Made by a program: the position numbers and the translations under genes. From the NCBI RefSeq assembly GCF_000143415.4, contig NW_003314358.1, positions 506,731 to 570,730 of the forward strand: a stretch of DNA of 64,000 nt, in the 5' to 3' direction. Position 1 is the first letter of the stretch; every line of letters starts with the position of its first letter. Origin of the DNA: Selaginella moellendorffii. Lineage: Eukaryota > Plantae > Lycopodiophyta. Below are positions 13,146-26,434 of this stretch, one piece after another. The notes under the pieces were generated by a model. That model saw only the letters and a program-made list of their open reading frames with translations, had not been told where the DNA came from and did not search any database.

Positions 13146-14413
13146 TGTAAACGACTAAATTCCCATTCTACTTTAGTCACTTAACCACACCTTCGACTAC
13201 TTGAAGGAGTCTCACTCACAACCTCTATAAGTCATATTCCGGACTTGGGGCTTACTATCCCCAAGAATGGCATCTATGCCACTCCACCTTTGCACTTGGT
13301 TTAAGTAGGTAGTAGGCACTTGAGCCACATTAGATATCCAAGTAGGTAGTGCCACCCATGCTTAGACTAGGAGCATCGACTATTCAATCTCCTGAAGGAA
13401 CTAAAGTTAGCTCTTGAACACTTCACCAAGCTAGCCCGCTTATCGATCCGTATTCACTCTAGCCTTGGACTTCCCAGTGGTCATCTCATCACCCAACAAC
13501 TAAATATAGCCTTCCTGGGCTAATTTGGCCTTTCTTGACCAAACTGGCTCCATTGGGGTCCAACCCTCACACTCTTCCTATTATACTTTTGGAACCCCTT
13601 ATAGCCCCTCCTGGGGGATGATTGCTTTGGGCTTTCGCCTAATAGCCTATATTAGTATTTGGTTTCGGATTTGGACTCGGACTCGAACTCGGTCTTGGTC
13701 TTGGTCCTGGACTCGGACTTAGACTCAATCCTGATCTTGGTCTCGATCTTGGTCTCGGTCTCGGTCTCGATCTTGGTCTCAATCTCGGTCTCAATTCCAT
13801 CTCAGACTCCTTCTCGGATCCATCTCATCTAAAGTCCATCTCGGACTTCATCTCGGGTCCATCTCAGACTTCATCTTGGGTCCATCTCAGACTCCATCTT
13901 AGGTCCATCTCGGACTCTTTTTCAAGTCCATCTCAGACTCCATCTCGAACTCCATCTTAGACTCCATCTCAGACTCCTTCTCGGATCCATCTCGAACTCC
14001 ATCTTGGATCCATCTCAGACTCCATCTCAGGTCCATCTCGGACTCCATATTGGGTCCATCTTGAACTCCATCTCAGGTCATTTCAGACTCCATCTCGGAC
14101 TCCTTCTCAAATCCATCTTAGACTCCATCTCAAACTCCATCTCGGACTCCTTCACAAATTCATCTCGGACTCTATCTCAGACTCTTCCACATGTCATGTG
14201 TTGGTCCTCTTGTGTCCCTTTTCTAGAGACTCACTTAGTGCTCGCTTCATGCTCATTCCTTGAGCCCTTCATTAGGAGTTCCACTCCTGCTTTCGACTTT
14301 TGGAGTCAGAGCTTTTAGTCCAAATATGTTACGCTCATTTGGCTTTTGCCTCAGCCACTACCATGTGGCATCCTTTTGGCTCCCTTTGGGGCATAGTTAT
14401 TTTGTGTCTCATA
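13146..14413 (-). mobile_element. Family C LTR (internally deleted), minus strand
   Basis: Starts TGTAAACG and ends TGTGTCTCATA. Flanks GAAAG/GAAAA form a near-TSD. Closely similar to 25,438-28,249. Confidence 0.85.
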
Positions 14414-16612
14414 GAAAAAGGTTAAATAAATCCCTTGGGGGATAAGTAGCTTATGTTGTGATATAGTGGATTAATGTTGTAAAAGAAAATGTTCATTGTT
14501 AAAGAAGGCCATTATAGGGACACCAAAGCACTCTAAAACACCCAAGAAGTGATGTTTAGTATTATGAAGGCATTGAATAAAGCCTAAAAGATTAAGTCCC
14601 TAGTGAAAAAAATGGGTAAGAAGTGCTATCTAATGTCTAAAGTTGCAGAGACGGGAGAAGTTTGTCTATCCGAATTGGATAAAAGCAAAAAAGATTTAGC
14701 AAGGCTAACAAAGGCCCATAAGCAATAACATTAATTCTAATGTGTGAATTACAAGGTGAGCATATCCAGATTGAGGAACCACTCTTTAAACTATCGAGTA
14801 GATTCATCCTTAAAATATTTATTAAAATATGACAAAAAGTGCAAAGCTATCCTTCTAGCATGGAGGAAAAATAACTAAAGGGAAAGTGTAAGGCTAAAAG
14901 CAAATAATAAAAGGATATAGCTAAATTATAGGAATCAAAGGATATAGCCAAGAGTGGTTATATAAGTTGGGAGTGGAAAATTAAGTGCGTGCTCAAACGT
15001 GTTGCTACTAACAACTGTAGGGCCATGAAGAGTTTAAAACATAAAATTGCCCATGTTAGACTGTATAACAATTAAAAAACTTGTGAAAAGAAAAGTTTTA
15101 GCAAGTTAAGAGACAAAAGTCTCTTCAAGATTCCCAAAGAAAATTTTGGATAGGTTAGTACTTAGAAAGACAAGTGTGAATGGTTTATAAGAAAATATAA
15201 AATCATAAATTTCAATTATTATAATTTTTGCTATGGCTGTCCACGGCCCTATCATTTAGCTACTTTGCCGCTCCCTACCTTAGATCTTTCACTTTGCTAA
15301 ATTGGAGCACTTGGGAATCTATCCTTAGAAGCACACTTTCTTTCCCATAATTTGTTAGCATCTAACACATTAGTGTTCCTCAACTAACTTTGCCATTTGG
15401 ATTCCTTCTAATGAATCTTATGGCCCAAACTTAGCCACTAGTTTTTTGCTCCTATCTATTGATTGCTACACCAAGAAATATCTGCCCACTACCTCCATCT
15501 TTAAGGTATTCTTTTGGTTCTATGGCAAAGGCTCCACTTTACCAAGTCCAAAAGGTACTCACCCTTAGTAAGTCTTTTTAGCATTCTTTGTTATGGGCTT
15601 TATCCATAGCTCAAATTTACGACCCTTTTATGGGTTTTTCCTAAAGACTACTTCCTTGGACTTACTATACCATTGCATTGACAGCACTGATTTCCCTTTT
15701 TGGTTTTTTTCCCACTTGGTCACTTTGACCAAGTCATATCATTACTAACAGCTCAAATCACCACTTTGAACTAGGAATTTTATTCCTTAACCAAATAAGG
15801 ATCTTATCCTTATTTAGCCACAAGATCACATAGTAATCTCACCTTGGCCACCTTAAATCTTCCAGACCTTTAACTTGTTAACCATGACCTCAAGGGCATC
15901 CCCCACACTTGGCGGTGCACCCAAGCCAGCCCTTCCAGAAAAGGGTCTATAGCAATTGAGACTGGGTATCCCCACCTCATTCACCATGTATTTAGTGCCA
16001 CTTGCACCAAACTGTTCAAGTTAAATATGTTGAGCCACACTAAACAATCTAATTGTGCATCACAACTTCGGGCTTACATGGCGGTATGCCCAAGCCAGTC
16101 TTCTTATTAACAGTCCATGACCACCGAAAAATAAGTGTCCTTATATTCCAAACCATCATTGTGCCCTAGTGAATTGGGATTCGAACCCAAGCACTAGAGG
16201 GTTAGGACTCAAACCAAACTTTTGTATATGCATTATGAATGACATCACCTAGAATGCTTGGCGTGACTCCCCATGCCGGTGCACCAACTTATACTTAAAG
16301 CACGTTATAGATCATAACTTAGGAACTTAGTTCCTCTACATTGCCAAATCTTTTCACTTGACAAGTCTGTGATCATGCATGGACTCCTCCATGTTTGGCC
16401 CTATGGGCCACCCCTTTTGAAGTTAGCACCTTCAACTAAGGTATTTGTTCCTCTAACTTGCCAATCTCACTTAGCAAGTCATCTGACCACCGTAACATGA
16501 TTTATACATAAGTGTGAAAGTCCTTGACCATCAATTTTTATTCAAAACCATCCCTTTGAACACTTGGAAACTACTTCCCCAATTTTGATAGCTTTGCCTT
16601 ATAGCAAGCTTC

Positions 16613-17757
16613 TATAGCGCACGTGGTTTTGACCCTTTATCCTACGGTGATTTACTATAAGATAACACCATGAACCGGAATCTAAACCCTCTTTGTGCCA
16701 CGTGATAGATGCCACATGTCACATGCCACGTGTCCAAAGGAACGTGGTGTGGAACCTGAGGTTCAGGGCCTTGAACCACTGAACGAAGGAACGGTGCCAA
16801 ACTCCCAAGCATGGAGCCAAGGAGTGATAGAATTGGACCACGGAGCAACTCCTGAGCATACAGCCCAAGGAGCGAAGGGATAGGAGCCTAGAGCAACTTG
16901 GAACAGTCCTGGAGCAACTAGTATCCCAAAGCCAGGACCAACACGCAAAATGGAGCCAAACAGAGTCTAGCGCTATTTTGGCATACCGGTGGCCTAACAT
17001 GAGGACATGGGTACTCCACCAGCTAGCATGGAATGGAACTTAGGCTTATACCCAAGTCAGACGCAGAACAAGGACAGGCACGCAAGCGGGAGCTAGACTA
17101 TACCTCAGGTTGGTCATCCATGCCTAACCTACCCACTATCCCTACTATACATTTGGAACCCCCCCCCCCCCCCCCCCTTTGAGGAACACACGCTTTGGGC
17201 TTTCACCCCAAGCCTCCCTTAGTATCAGGAGTTAGTCTCTAGGACAAGCTTGAAACTTACTAAATATCGAATGTGTTTAGATTACAAATTTGGACACGGG
17301 ACGAGCACCATTGTGTTTAGGCCGATCTCTACATTCCGTAAACATGCCAAATGAGCAAATCTGGACACTTTCCATAATTAGCATTTGGGACCGAAATGAG
17401 ACTAACACAAAGGGCATGATAGTGAGTGTGTTTGGCAGACACAGTAAGCTATCATCCAGTGATATTGAGGGACCAATCTCAATACGTGAAGGTTTTTATC
17501 AAGCTAGTGCAAGATAAAGTAAAAAAGAACTAAAAAACCAGGCCAAGTATGCTTGGCTGAATAGACACTTAAGAATTCCGTCCTTATGCTTATCCGACCA
17601 AGTACAGATGTAAAGTCCAATTTACTAACACTTGAATAAGAGGGGTTGATAAAGGGTCCAACAATACCGACCTCCTGCTATCGTGGCAGTAAGGAAAGAG
17701 TGTCTGTAAGGACTGGCCGACAAATAACTTTCGATACCTGAAGTCACATTTGTAACA
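16613..17757 (-). mobile_element. Solo LTR, family B
   Basis: Reverse complement of the 28,910-30,056 LTR. TSD GCTTC at 16,608-16,612 and 17,758-17,762. Confidence 0.92.
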
Positions 17758-19600
17758 GCTTCAAAACTATGCTTTTACTGTGCCACTTTGATTTTGCGCA
17801 TTCTATGAACCATTTACACTTGGCTTTTTAGGTATTAAGCTACCTAGAATTGTCTTTGGGAACCTTGAAGGAACTCTATCCCTTAGCTTGTTAAGGCTTT
17901 TTATTTCGCAAACTTTTTAATTGCCATATGGTCTAACATGAATAATTCCATGCTTTAGACTCTCCATAGCACCACAGTTGCTAGTAACAATATGCTCAAG
18001 TGCCCACTTGATTCTTGACTTCCAACTTGTATAACCATCGTTAGTTATGCCCTTTGATTTCTATATTTCAATTCTATCCTTTTACTATTTGCTTTTGGGC
18101 TCACACATTTCTTTCGGTTATTCTCCTCTAGACTAGGAGAATAGCTTTGCACTTTTTACTATGATTTAGCAAGTATTCATAGGGATAAACCTACCTAATA
18201 GCTTAGGGATGGTTCCTCAATCCGGGTATGCTCACCTTATAATCCCATCCAGTGGGATTAGCGTTGCTACTTATGGGCCTTTATATGCCCATCACTAGCC
18301 TTACCAAAATCCCATTTTGGGTTTTGTTCAATTCGGGTAAATAGACTTCTCTTGTCTTTGCAACCTTGGACGTTTGGATAGCACCTCCTATCCATCATTC
18401 GCTAGGGATTTAGTCCCTTGAGCCTTATATATCAACCTCACGACACCAAACATTACATCCTAGGGTTTTAGAGTGTTTAGATGGCCTCTTTGACAATGAA
18501 TATTCCCTTTATGACATTGACTTACTATATCACAATATAAGAAATTTATCCCCTATAAGGGTATATTTAAGTTCTTTATCCCATTAAAAAATCTTAGGTA
18601 GTTACCCTCAACTAATTTAATCAATTATTTTACACCTTTTGCTTAATTGCTTCATAGTTATCAAGTTCTACAACTCATTGTTAGTGCTTCCACACCTCCA
18701 TTATTATTTGGGTCACCACACTCCACTCACAAACCTTTCAACTTAGGTTATACCATTCCCATTTTTATTAGGATTCCTTTGGGAAGGGGTTCTCATGAAC
18801 CCACTAACTTGACCTCAAAGCATCATGCCTTGGCACATTTGGTGTCTCCACACAATTGGCTCTATGAGCTTATATTTATGACACTTTTTTCTCATGTCTA
18901 GGTCCTTGCCAAAACCAATACAGTTCTTTCTCATACCAATCATCCGTTAACACTGCACCATAGAATTTACACACCACTTTGTGTCAAAGTTGTTTTCTTT
19001 TGGGAACACCTTTCCCACAACTTTAGTATGGTACATTTTGCCATCAAATGAGATACCCACTGTTTTCATACTTAAATCGTATGATCCTCCCCATCCTTCG
19101 TGGGGCACAGCACACCTCAGTCCAAATGCTTTTTACTAATCCCTTAGTACCATTCCTTTACTCTACTTGAGTCATCTAGCATTTTTGGACTTTGTTAATT
19201 CAATGACCCATAAGGTTTTATTTTTGAGGTGTTACCTGTCAAGACCCCCAACAAGATCAAGACTAGAAAATGCTAAAGACAAAGAGAAAAGCTAGTGGAA
19301 ACAAAGAAGAGGCCTTAGACTGGTGTTGATTCAAATTGTGGAGAAATGGAACAAAGCTAACCTATATATACTATAGGTTGATGAAGCTCCACCACTCTTG
19401 GATCGAGGACGGCCTAAATAAAGCTGAGGTCAAGGAGGCGCCACATCATCATCAGGAATATGGCTCGAGACTCAAGAAGTGTCTCGAGAGTTAGGAATAG
19501 GGAAGTGTCTCGAGAGTCAGGAATGTGGTCTGCAGGTCAGGAATCCGGCGAGAGTCAGGAATGTGGCAAGAATTGGGGGATTTCTGACAGCACCCCCTCC

Positions 19601-22600
19601 TCAAGAACGAGTGGAACGAGGATGTGAATGAGAGCGAAGAGGAGGATGAGATGAGCGGCGAGGAATGGGAGATGGAGAAAAAGAATGAGGACTGGGACGA
19701 GAAGGATAGCGGCGGTGGAAGTCCTGAACAAGGTCAAGAGAATGAATCAGGTTGTCCGCAGGTTCCCAAGTGCGTTCCTCAGGTCCGTAACCCTTCCAGT
19801 CTACCAGATAGTAGAGTTTAGACCGTGAAATCTTGGAATCAAGGATGTCCTGAACCTCGTACTCAGACCCATCCTCGAGCTGCACTGGTGGAGGCGGAGG
19901 AATGACCCGATTTGGAATAGGACTGGGAATATAAGGCTCAAGGAGAGAGGAGTGAAAAACGGGGTGAATTTGATATGAGGAGGGAAGTGCAAGGTGATAA
20001 GTGACGGGATTAATGATGGCAGTGATAGGAAAAGGACTGAGGCGTTTGAAATCGAGTTTTGGACAGGGCCTGGTGGTGGAGATATTTCGCCTGAGGAGCC
20101 AGACTTTATCCCCGATATTGTAAGGGGGACAATCCTGACGATGGATATTGGCAAATGTTTTGTGAGATTCCTGAGCACGATGGAGGTGGAAGGAGATGGA
20201 GTTGTGGATTTCCTGAAGGTTGGAGATAAATGCCTCAGAGCGGGGATTTGAACGAGAGGATTCAGATGGAGAAGGAAGTGAGAGATTGAATCGGGGATTT
20301 CGGTCAGAGTTCGCAAAGAAGGGGGAAACTCGAAGAAAGGAGTGAACAGAGTTGTTATAGGAGAACTCAGCAAGGGGAAGGATATCGAACCAGTTATCCT
20401 GATGATAGTTGATGAAGCACCTCAAGAATTGTTCCAGCGTTTGAATCGTTCGCTCGGACTGTCCATCAGTTTGAGGATGATATGCCGAAGAGAGGTTGGC
20501 CTTCACTCCAAGCAGCTGCAAAAACCGTTGCCAGAAATGAGAGATGAACTGAGGCCCCCGATCCGAAACCACATCTGTAGGAATCCCATGAAGTCGGAAA
20601 ATTTCCCTGAATACCAGTTTTGCCATGTCCTCGCCCGAAAATTCCTTGGTACACGGCAAGAAGTGCGCCATCTTTGTGAAGCGATCCACCACGACTAAAA
20701 TACTGTTGAAGCCTCCAGAACTTGGAAGATCACTCAAGAAATCCATGGAGATGGATTCCTAAGGACCTGAAGGGACCGGGAGGGAACGAAGCAAACCTGA
20801 AGGAAGGTGGCGAGGTACCTTATTCCGGGCACAAGTGTCACAGGAGGTAACAAAAGCTTTGATGTAGTCATCCATGTGAGGCCACCAAAAGTCCCGTCCA
20901 ACTAGCTCATAGGTTTTCGCAATGCCGAAATGACCAGCAGTCGGGCTATCGTGGCACGCCATCAGGACCAACCTTCGAGCATCACCTTCAGGAATGTAAA
21001 GCTGCTCCCCACGGTACAATAAGCCATCTAAGAACTCGAACTCGTCAAATCGCCGGCAGTCGGGAGTCACTGGATGTCCAGCCTGAAGATGGGTGAAAAT
21101 ATTGCTGGCGAGGTCATCAGATTGGAGATCGTTTCTGATTGCATCCATCAAGGAGGAGTCCTGAGGGGCCAGGGAAATTGCCATAACTTGAAGCCGATCA
21201 GGACCGAGGATAACTTGATCCTGTTGATCGAAGGCAGGATTACCAGGCCTGAGACTGAGATAGGAGCGCCTTGAAAGAGCATCAGGAAGGCCTTGAAGCT
21301 TTCCAGGTCTGTACTTGATAACAAAGTCAAACCGACTCAGGAATTGTGCCCACCTTGCTTGACGACAGCTCAAAACTCGGGAAGTGGCAAAGTACTCGAG
21401 ATTTTTGTGATCCGTCCAGACTGTTGTTTGATGGCCCGCCCCCTCCAAGAAACGGCGCCACTCTCCAAAGGAATCCACGATGGCAAGGAGCTCCTTGTCG
21501 TGGATTTCGTAATTGATCTCCGCAGGCTGGAATTTCCGAGAATGGAAAGCGACCGGATGAAGTTCTTGATCCGCTCCGAGTTGAGACAGCACAGCACCGA
21601 TGGCAAAGTCGGAGGCGTCAGCCTCGATGAAGAAAGGTTGTGAGGAATCAGCATGGATCAACACGGGAGCAGAACTGAAGGCTGCCTTGAGTGTGTCGAA
21701 GGCGTGCTGGCCAACAGTAGACCAAGAGAAGGGAACATCCTTGCGAGTGAGATGCGTGAGAGGAAGGACAATGTCAGAGTAGTGATCAATGAATTTGCGG
21801 TAGAAGTTGGCAAAGCCAAGGAAAACCTGAACGTCCGACATTGATTGTGGAGGCTCCCACTCGAGAATAGTCTTGACTTTGGCAGGATCCATCGTGATAC
21901 CTTCAGGAGTGACAATGTACCCAAGGAACTCCACAGACTGCTGATCGAAGGAACATTTCTCAAGCTTCGTGTATAGGCCGTGTTCTCACAGCTTCGCCAG
22001 CACCTTACGTACATGTTCGTCGTGCTCCTCCTGAGTTCTTGAGTAGATGAGGATGTCATCGAGGTAGACGATCACCATCTGATCAAGAAACTCCCGAAAG
22101 ACGTCATTCGCCATGTGTTGGAAAACTGCGGGAGCATTTGTCAAGCCAAATGGCATGACAGTGTACTCGAAGTGGCCATAGCGGGTTCGGAATGCAGTCT
22201 TCCATTCATCACCAGGCCGGATCTGGATTAGGTTGTATGCGCCACGGAGGTCAATCTTGGTGAAGAAGCGGGCACCGCCGAGGCGTTCCAACAGGTCCGA
22301 GATCAGGGGCAGCAGATAACGGTTCCGAACAGTCACCTGGTTCAAACCTCGGTAATCGATGACTAGCCGCAAACTCCCATCCTTCTTCTTGACAAAGAAG
22401 ACAGGCGCGCCAGCCGGGGACTGCGAATGTTGAATGAACCCCGAGGCAAGGTTCTCATCCACGTACTCTTTGAGGGCCTTAAGCTCGGACGGGGATAACC
22501 CGTAGATAGGCCCCCACGGAGGCGACGCTCCTTCCTGTAAATCAATGGGACAGTCATAAGGCCGATGAGCAAGTAGTACACTAGCTTTTTTCTTGTCAAA

Positions 22601-23375
22601 CACATCCCCAAAATCATGATACTTCTCAGGAAGACTGACAGGAAAAACATGCAAAGCAAAAAGGAAAATAGGTTCTTCATGAAGGAGTTCTTTCATAGTG
22701 ATTGTGGAGATAGGAGGAGGTGTACGACTAAATGGAATGATGAGACGAGGATACTGTCCAGTGTAAGATGGAAGAGAGGAAAAAGAAGAGGATGAAAACT
22801 TCGTAGAGTCAGGAACAGAACCCCGACTTGAGTTTAGGGAACTTTTCCTGATTCGGACTCGATGAACACCAGGGGAAGCCGTGGGAGATGGTGATGTGGG
22901 AGAGATGAGCTGTAAGTCCTTCCAACAAATCTGAGGCTGATGTAGTTGGAACCAAGGAAGACCGAGCACCACAGAGGAGGACTTGCTGTTGATGATGTTG
23001 AAGGCGATATCGGTGACGGTGGACCCGATGTGTACTCGAACGGGCAACGTTTCCTTAAGTCCAAAAGATGGAGACACAAAATGCCCGCCAATGCCTTCAA
23101 CCCTCAGATCCCATATGGTAGGAGAAAGAGGAACGTGATGTCGGGCAGCAAAGTCCGTGTCCATGAAGCAGGAAGTTGCACCCCGAGTCCAGTAGCACCA
23201 AAGCCTTGAGTCCTGATTGTCCGGTGAAAGAAAGGAGACATGGGACGCGGAAGTTGCGGGAATTGGTGGTGGCTTTGATGAAAGGTGGTGAGGAGCTTGA
23301 TAAGGAAGAAAAGTGATTTTTATTTGGGGAGTCCAAACAGACAGCTCCTACTCTATTTGGATAGGGTCGTTTCCC
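19601..23375 (-). pseudogene. pol: pol of element D (PR-RT-RH-IN-chromodomain), few lesions
   Basis: Protease DSGA broken by one extra G at ~23,181-23,184. RT VYLDD. RNase H EADASD...DHKNL. Integrase HHCC and D,D,E core. Chromodomain EYEVQDIL...YLVDWKGYGPEERTWEP. Premature stops at 21,986 and 20,759. Confidence 0.93.
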
Positions 23376-24318
23376 GACTGCAACAGAGGTGGACTTTGAG
23401 GCAGAGTGAACTCGAGCAATCGGGGAGGCTTCCTGGGACACACAGCTGCTTTGTGATTAGGATCAGCACAGTAGAGGCAAAGATTATGAGATATTCGACG
23501 TTGCCTCTCAGCAGGACTCAACTTCCCTCTAATGAGTCGGGGAGTACCAGAAATATCCATTGGGACCGGAGCAGTAGGTTCAGGACTATGCCCCGAAGAC
23601 TCAAGCTGGGATTCCTGAGTCTGAGATGGAAAAACAGCGGCGCGGCGACTTTCCTGACGATGTTCAAAGAGACGATTGTCACATCGAACAGCTTTGTTGA
23701 TGGCGTTCGACAGGTCCTTGGGATCCTCCATGGTGAGCAACAAATCCTTGACACCGTTGTTGAGGCCGAAATGAAATTGGTCAATCAGGGCCCGCTCATC
23801 CCACTAAGTGTCCAAGGCAAGGAGTTGGAACTCTGCAGCGTAGATCGAGGCAGGACGAGACCCCTGAGAGAGACGTCTCATCTTTGTGGTAGCAGCCCGA
23901 ACCCGATCCGTCTCGCCAAAACATGCTTCGAGCTTCTCTTTGAACAATTGAAGATCCATCAGCTCCGGAACCACGACCCCTTTCATGCTCTTCTCCAGAA
24001 GAGGAGAAAACCATGACAAAGCTGCACCCTCGAGCAACGTCCCAATCGCGCCGATTTGAGACTTGGGAGTGGGGTACCGCCGATGTTGAAGTGCAAAGAT
24101 CAGCTCCATTTGGTTCAAAAATCCACGAAGCTTCGAACGCTTGCTTGAAAATTTCGCCGGGAAACTCACCTTCGGTTTAGGAACTTTGCTGGATCCTTGA
24201 GCCAAAAGTGAAGCAAGCTCCTGCTGCATGCAAAGAAGGTCGCCTTCAGCTCGGTATTCTCAGACTGGATTTTTGCAAGGACTTCGGCAAAGAAATCAGG
24301 ATGGCTTGGAGACTCCAT
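23348..24318 (-). pseudogene. gag: gag of element D (one frameshift near 24,240; one in-frame stop at 23,804)
   Basis: Retrotrans_gag-like LEGAALSWF...MRRLSQG and CCHC knuckle CLYCADPNHKAAVC. Confidence 0.85.
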
Positions 24319-26434
24319 TGGCAAGAAGAAAGAAAAGAAAGGGGGAAAAAGACAAAAGCAATCAAATAATCAAAACGAGCTAAAAGAAAAGCAAAAAGCA
24401 CAATCTGAATCAAACTGTCAAGACCCCCAACAAGATCAAGACTAGAAAATGCTAAAGACAAAGAGAAAAGCTAGTGGAAACAAAGAAGAAGCTTTAGATT
24501 GGTGTTGATTCAAATTGTGGAGAAATGGAACAAAGCTAACCTATATATACTATAGGTTGATGAAGCTCCACCACTCTTGGATCGAGGACGGCCTAAATAT
24601 AGCTGAGGTCGAGGAGGCGCCACATCATCATCAGGAATATGGCTCGAGACTCAAGAATCGGGAAGTGTCTTGAGAGTCAGGAATAGGGAAGTGTCTCGAG
24701 AGTCAGGAATGTGGTCTGCAGGTCAGGAATCCGGCGAGAGTCAGGAATGTGGCAAGAATTAGGGGATTTCTGACATTACCTTGCTGGAATACAACTTCGT
24801 GTATTCATATCCTATTCATAAGGACCATCTTTGCAAGTGTTATTTTAACACTTGATTATTTTCCGTTCTCTGTGTTCTACCTTTGCCCTTTGGGACTATC
24901 TATCCCTATGATAAGAATACCGACTCATCCTTTAAGTACACCCCAACTCCTTGGGTTTGTTCCAGCATTTATAATTGCTACCATTTCAAAGACTTGTGTC
25001 CTCATCTCTATTTGACCTCTCACTGTCATTAATTCCGGTTTCAAATTCATGAGCACTAGCTTTAACTATATAAGGATAATTTTGTGACTCCTTTATTGTT
25101 TTGGAATTTTTATCTTTCCCATGATCCCAACTATAGTTGTTTACCACAACTACATTTACCAGTTTTCTTAGTCAAACGCTCATCTAGATCATATCCTCAA
25201 CTCTCTAAAGAAACCTTATACTGTTCTCAAGATCCTAAAGTTGTTCCATAATTGGCTCTTTTCTATCCACCACCTCGCCTACAAGTTCACACATGAACTA
25301 TAGTGGAGAGTCATGTCTTCCTAACTTGCTACTCCTCAAGGATAGGGCCACTCCTAAAACCTTTCGATGCCAACACCAATAGTGATATACTTGAGCACCA
25401 ATAAAAGTTGGACTAAGGAACAACTCCGATACCAAATTGTAAGCAACTAAATTTCCATTCTACTTTAGTCACTTAACCACACCATCAACCACTAGGAGGA
25501 ATCTCACTCATAACCTCTATAAGTTTTATTCTGGACTTAGGGCTTGCTATCCCTGATAATGGCATCCATGCCACTCAACCTTTGCACTTGGTCCAAGTGC
25601 TCCACGTGTCTGATCCCATGATCGATACCCCAAGGTACCACCAATATATCAGCCATTATGCTAAGGCCATGCCCCTTCACCTTGGTCACATCAGTGGTCT
25701 AACACCACCTACATCCCAATCCTATCTCTCAAAGAGTGAGCCATCCATCCATGAGTGATCATCCCAGATCCACTCTTTAACATCCTTAAGATGCCTGTAG
25801 ATATAGGGAATAACCTTCCTCAATATCTCTTTTCCAGTCCCCACCAAGTCCCCTTTTGTTTATGGCCATGTTCACCAACACTGCCACTAGTTTAAGGCCC
25901 ACAGGCCTGATCACTAAGTCCCCTTGTTCTCTAGGACTTTCTTGTCATTTGACTGCATCCTTGGTCACTACACCAGAGGATTGCTCTTCTTTCTCTCCAC
26001 CATCTGGGACTCTAGGACAACATTTCGGAACACTGTGGCCCTATGCGAGCCTCGTGGATACTCTCCTCGCCTTCCGCCTTTAGGTGCTCTAGCCATGGGC
26101 TTAGAGTGAAGTTCCATTGAGCCACACCAGGTATCCAAGTTGTTTATGCCACCCACGCTTGGACTGGGAGCATCAAATATTTGATCTCCTAGGGCAACTA
26201 GAGCTAGCTCTTGAACACTTCACCAAGTTACCCCGCTTGTCAATCTATATTCACTCGAGCCTTGGACTTCCTAGTGGTCATCTCATCACCCAACAGCTAG
26301 ATATGGCCTTCCTGGGCCAAACTGGCTCCACTGAGATCCAACCCCCACACTCTCCCTACTATACTTTTGGAACCCCCTATAGCCCCCCTCTCTAGGGGAC
26401 GATCACTTTGGGCTTTAACCTAATAGCTTATATT

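Larger units (their letters stand above)
19237..24775 (-). mobile_element. Ty3/gypsy chromovirus (family D, Tcn1/Tf1-sushi-like); LTRs 19,237-19,589 and 24,416-24,775
   Basis: TGTCA...TGACA LTRs. TSD TTACC at 19,232-19,236 and 24,776-24,780. PPT (revcomp GCACCCCCTCCTC) at 19,590. No tRNA-type PBS. Confidence 0.95.
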
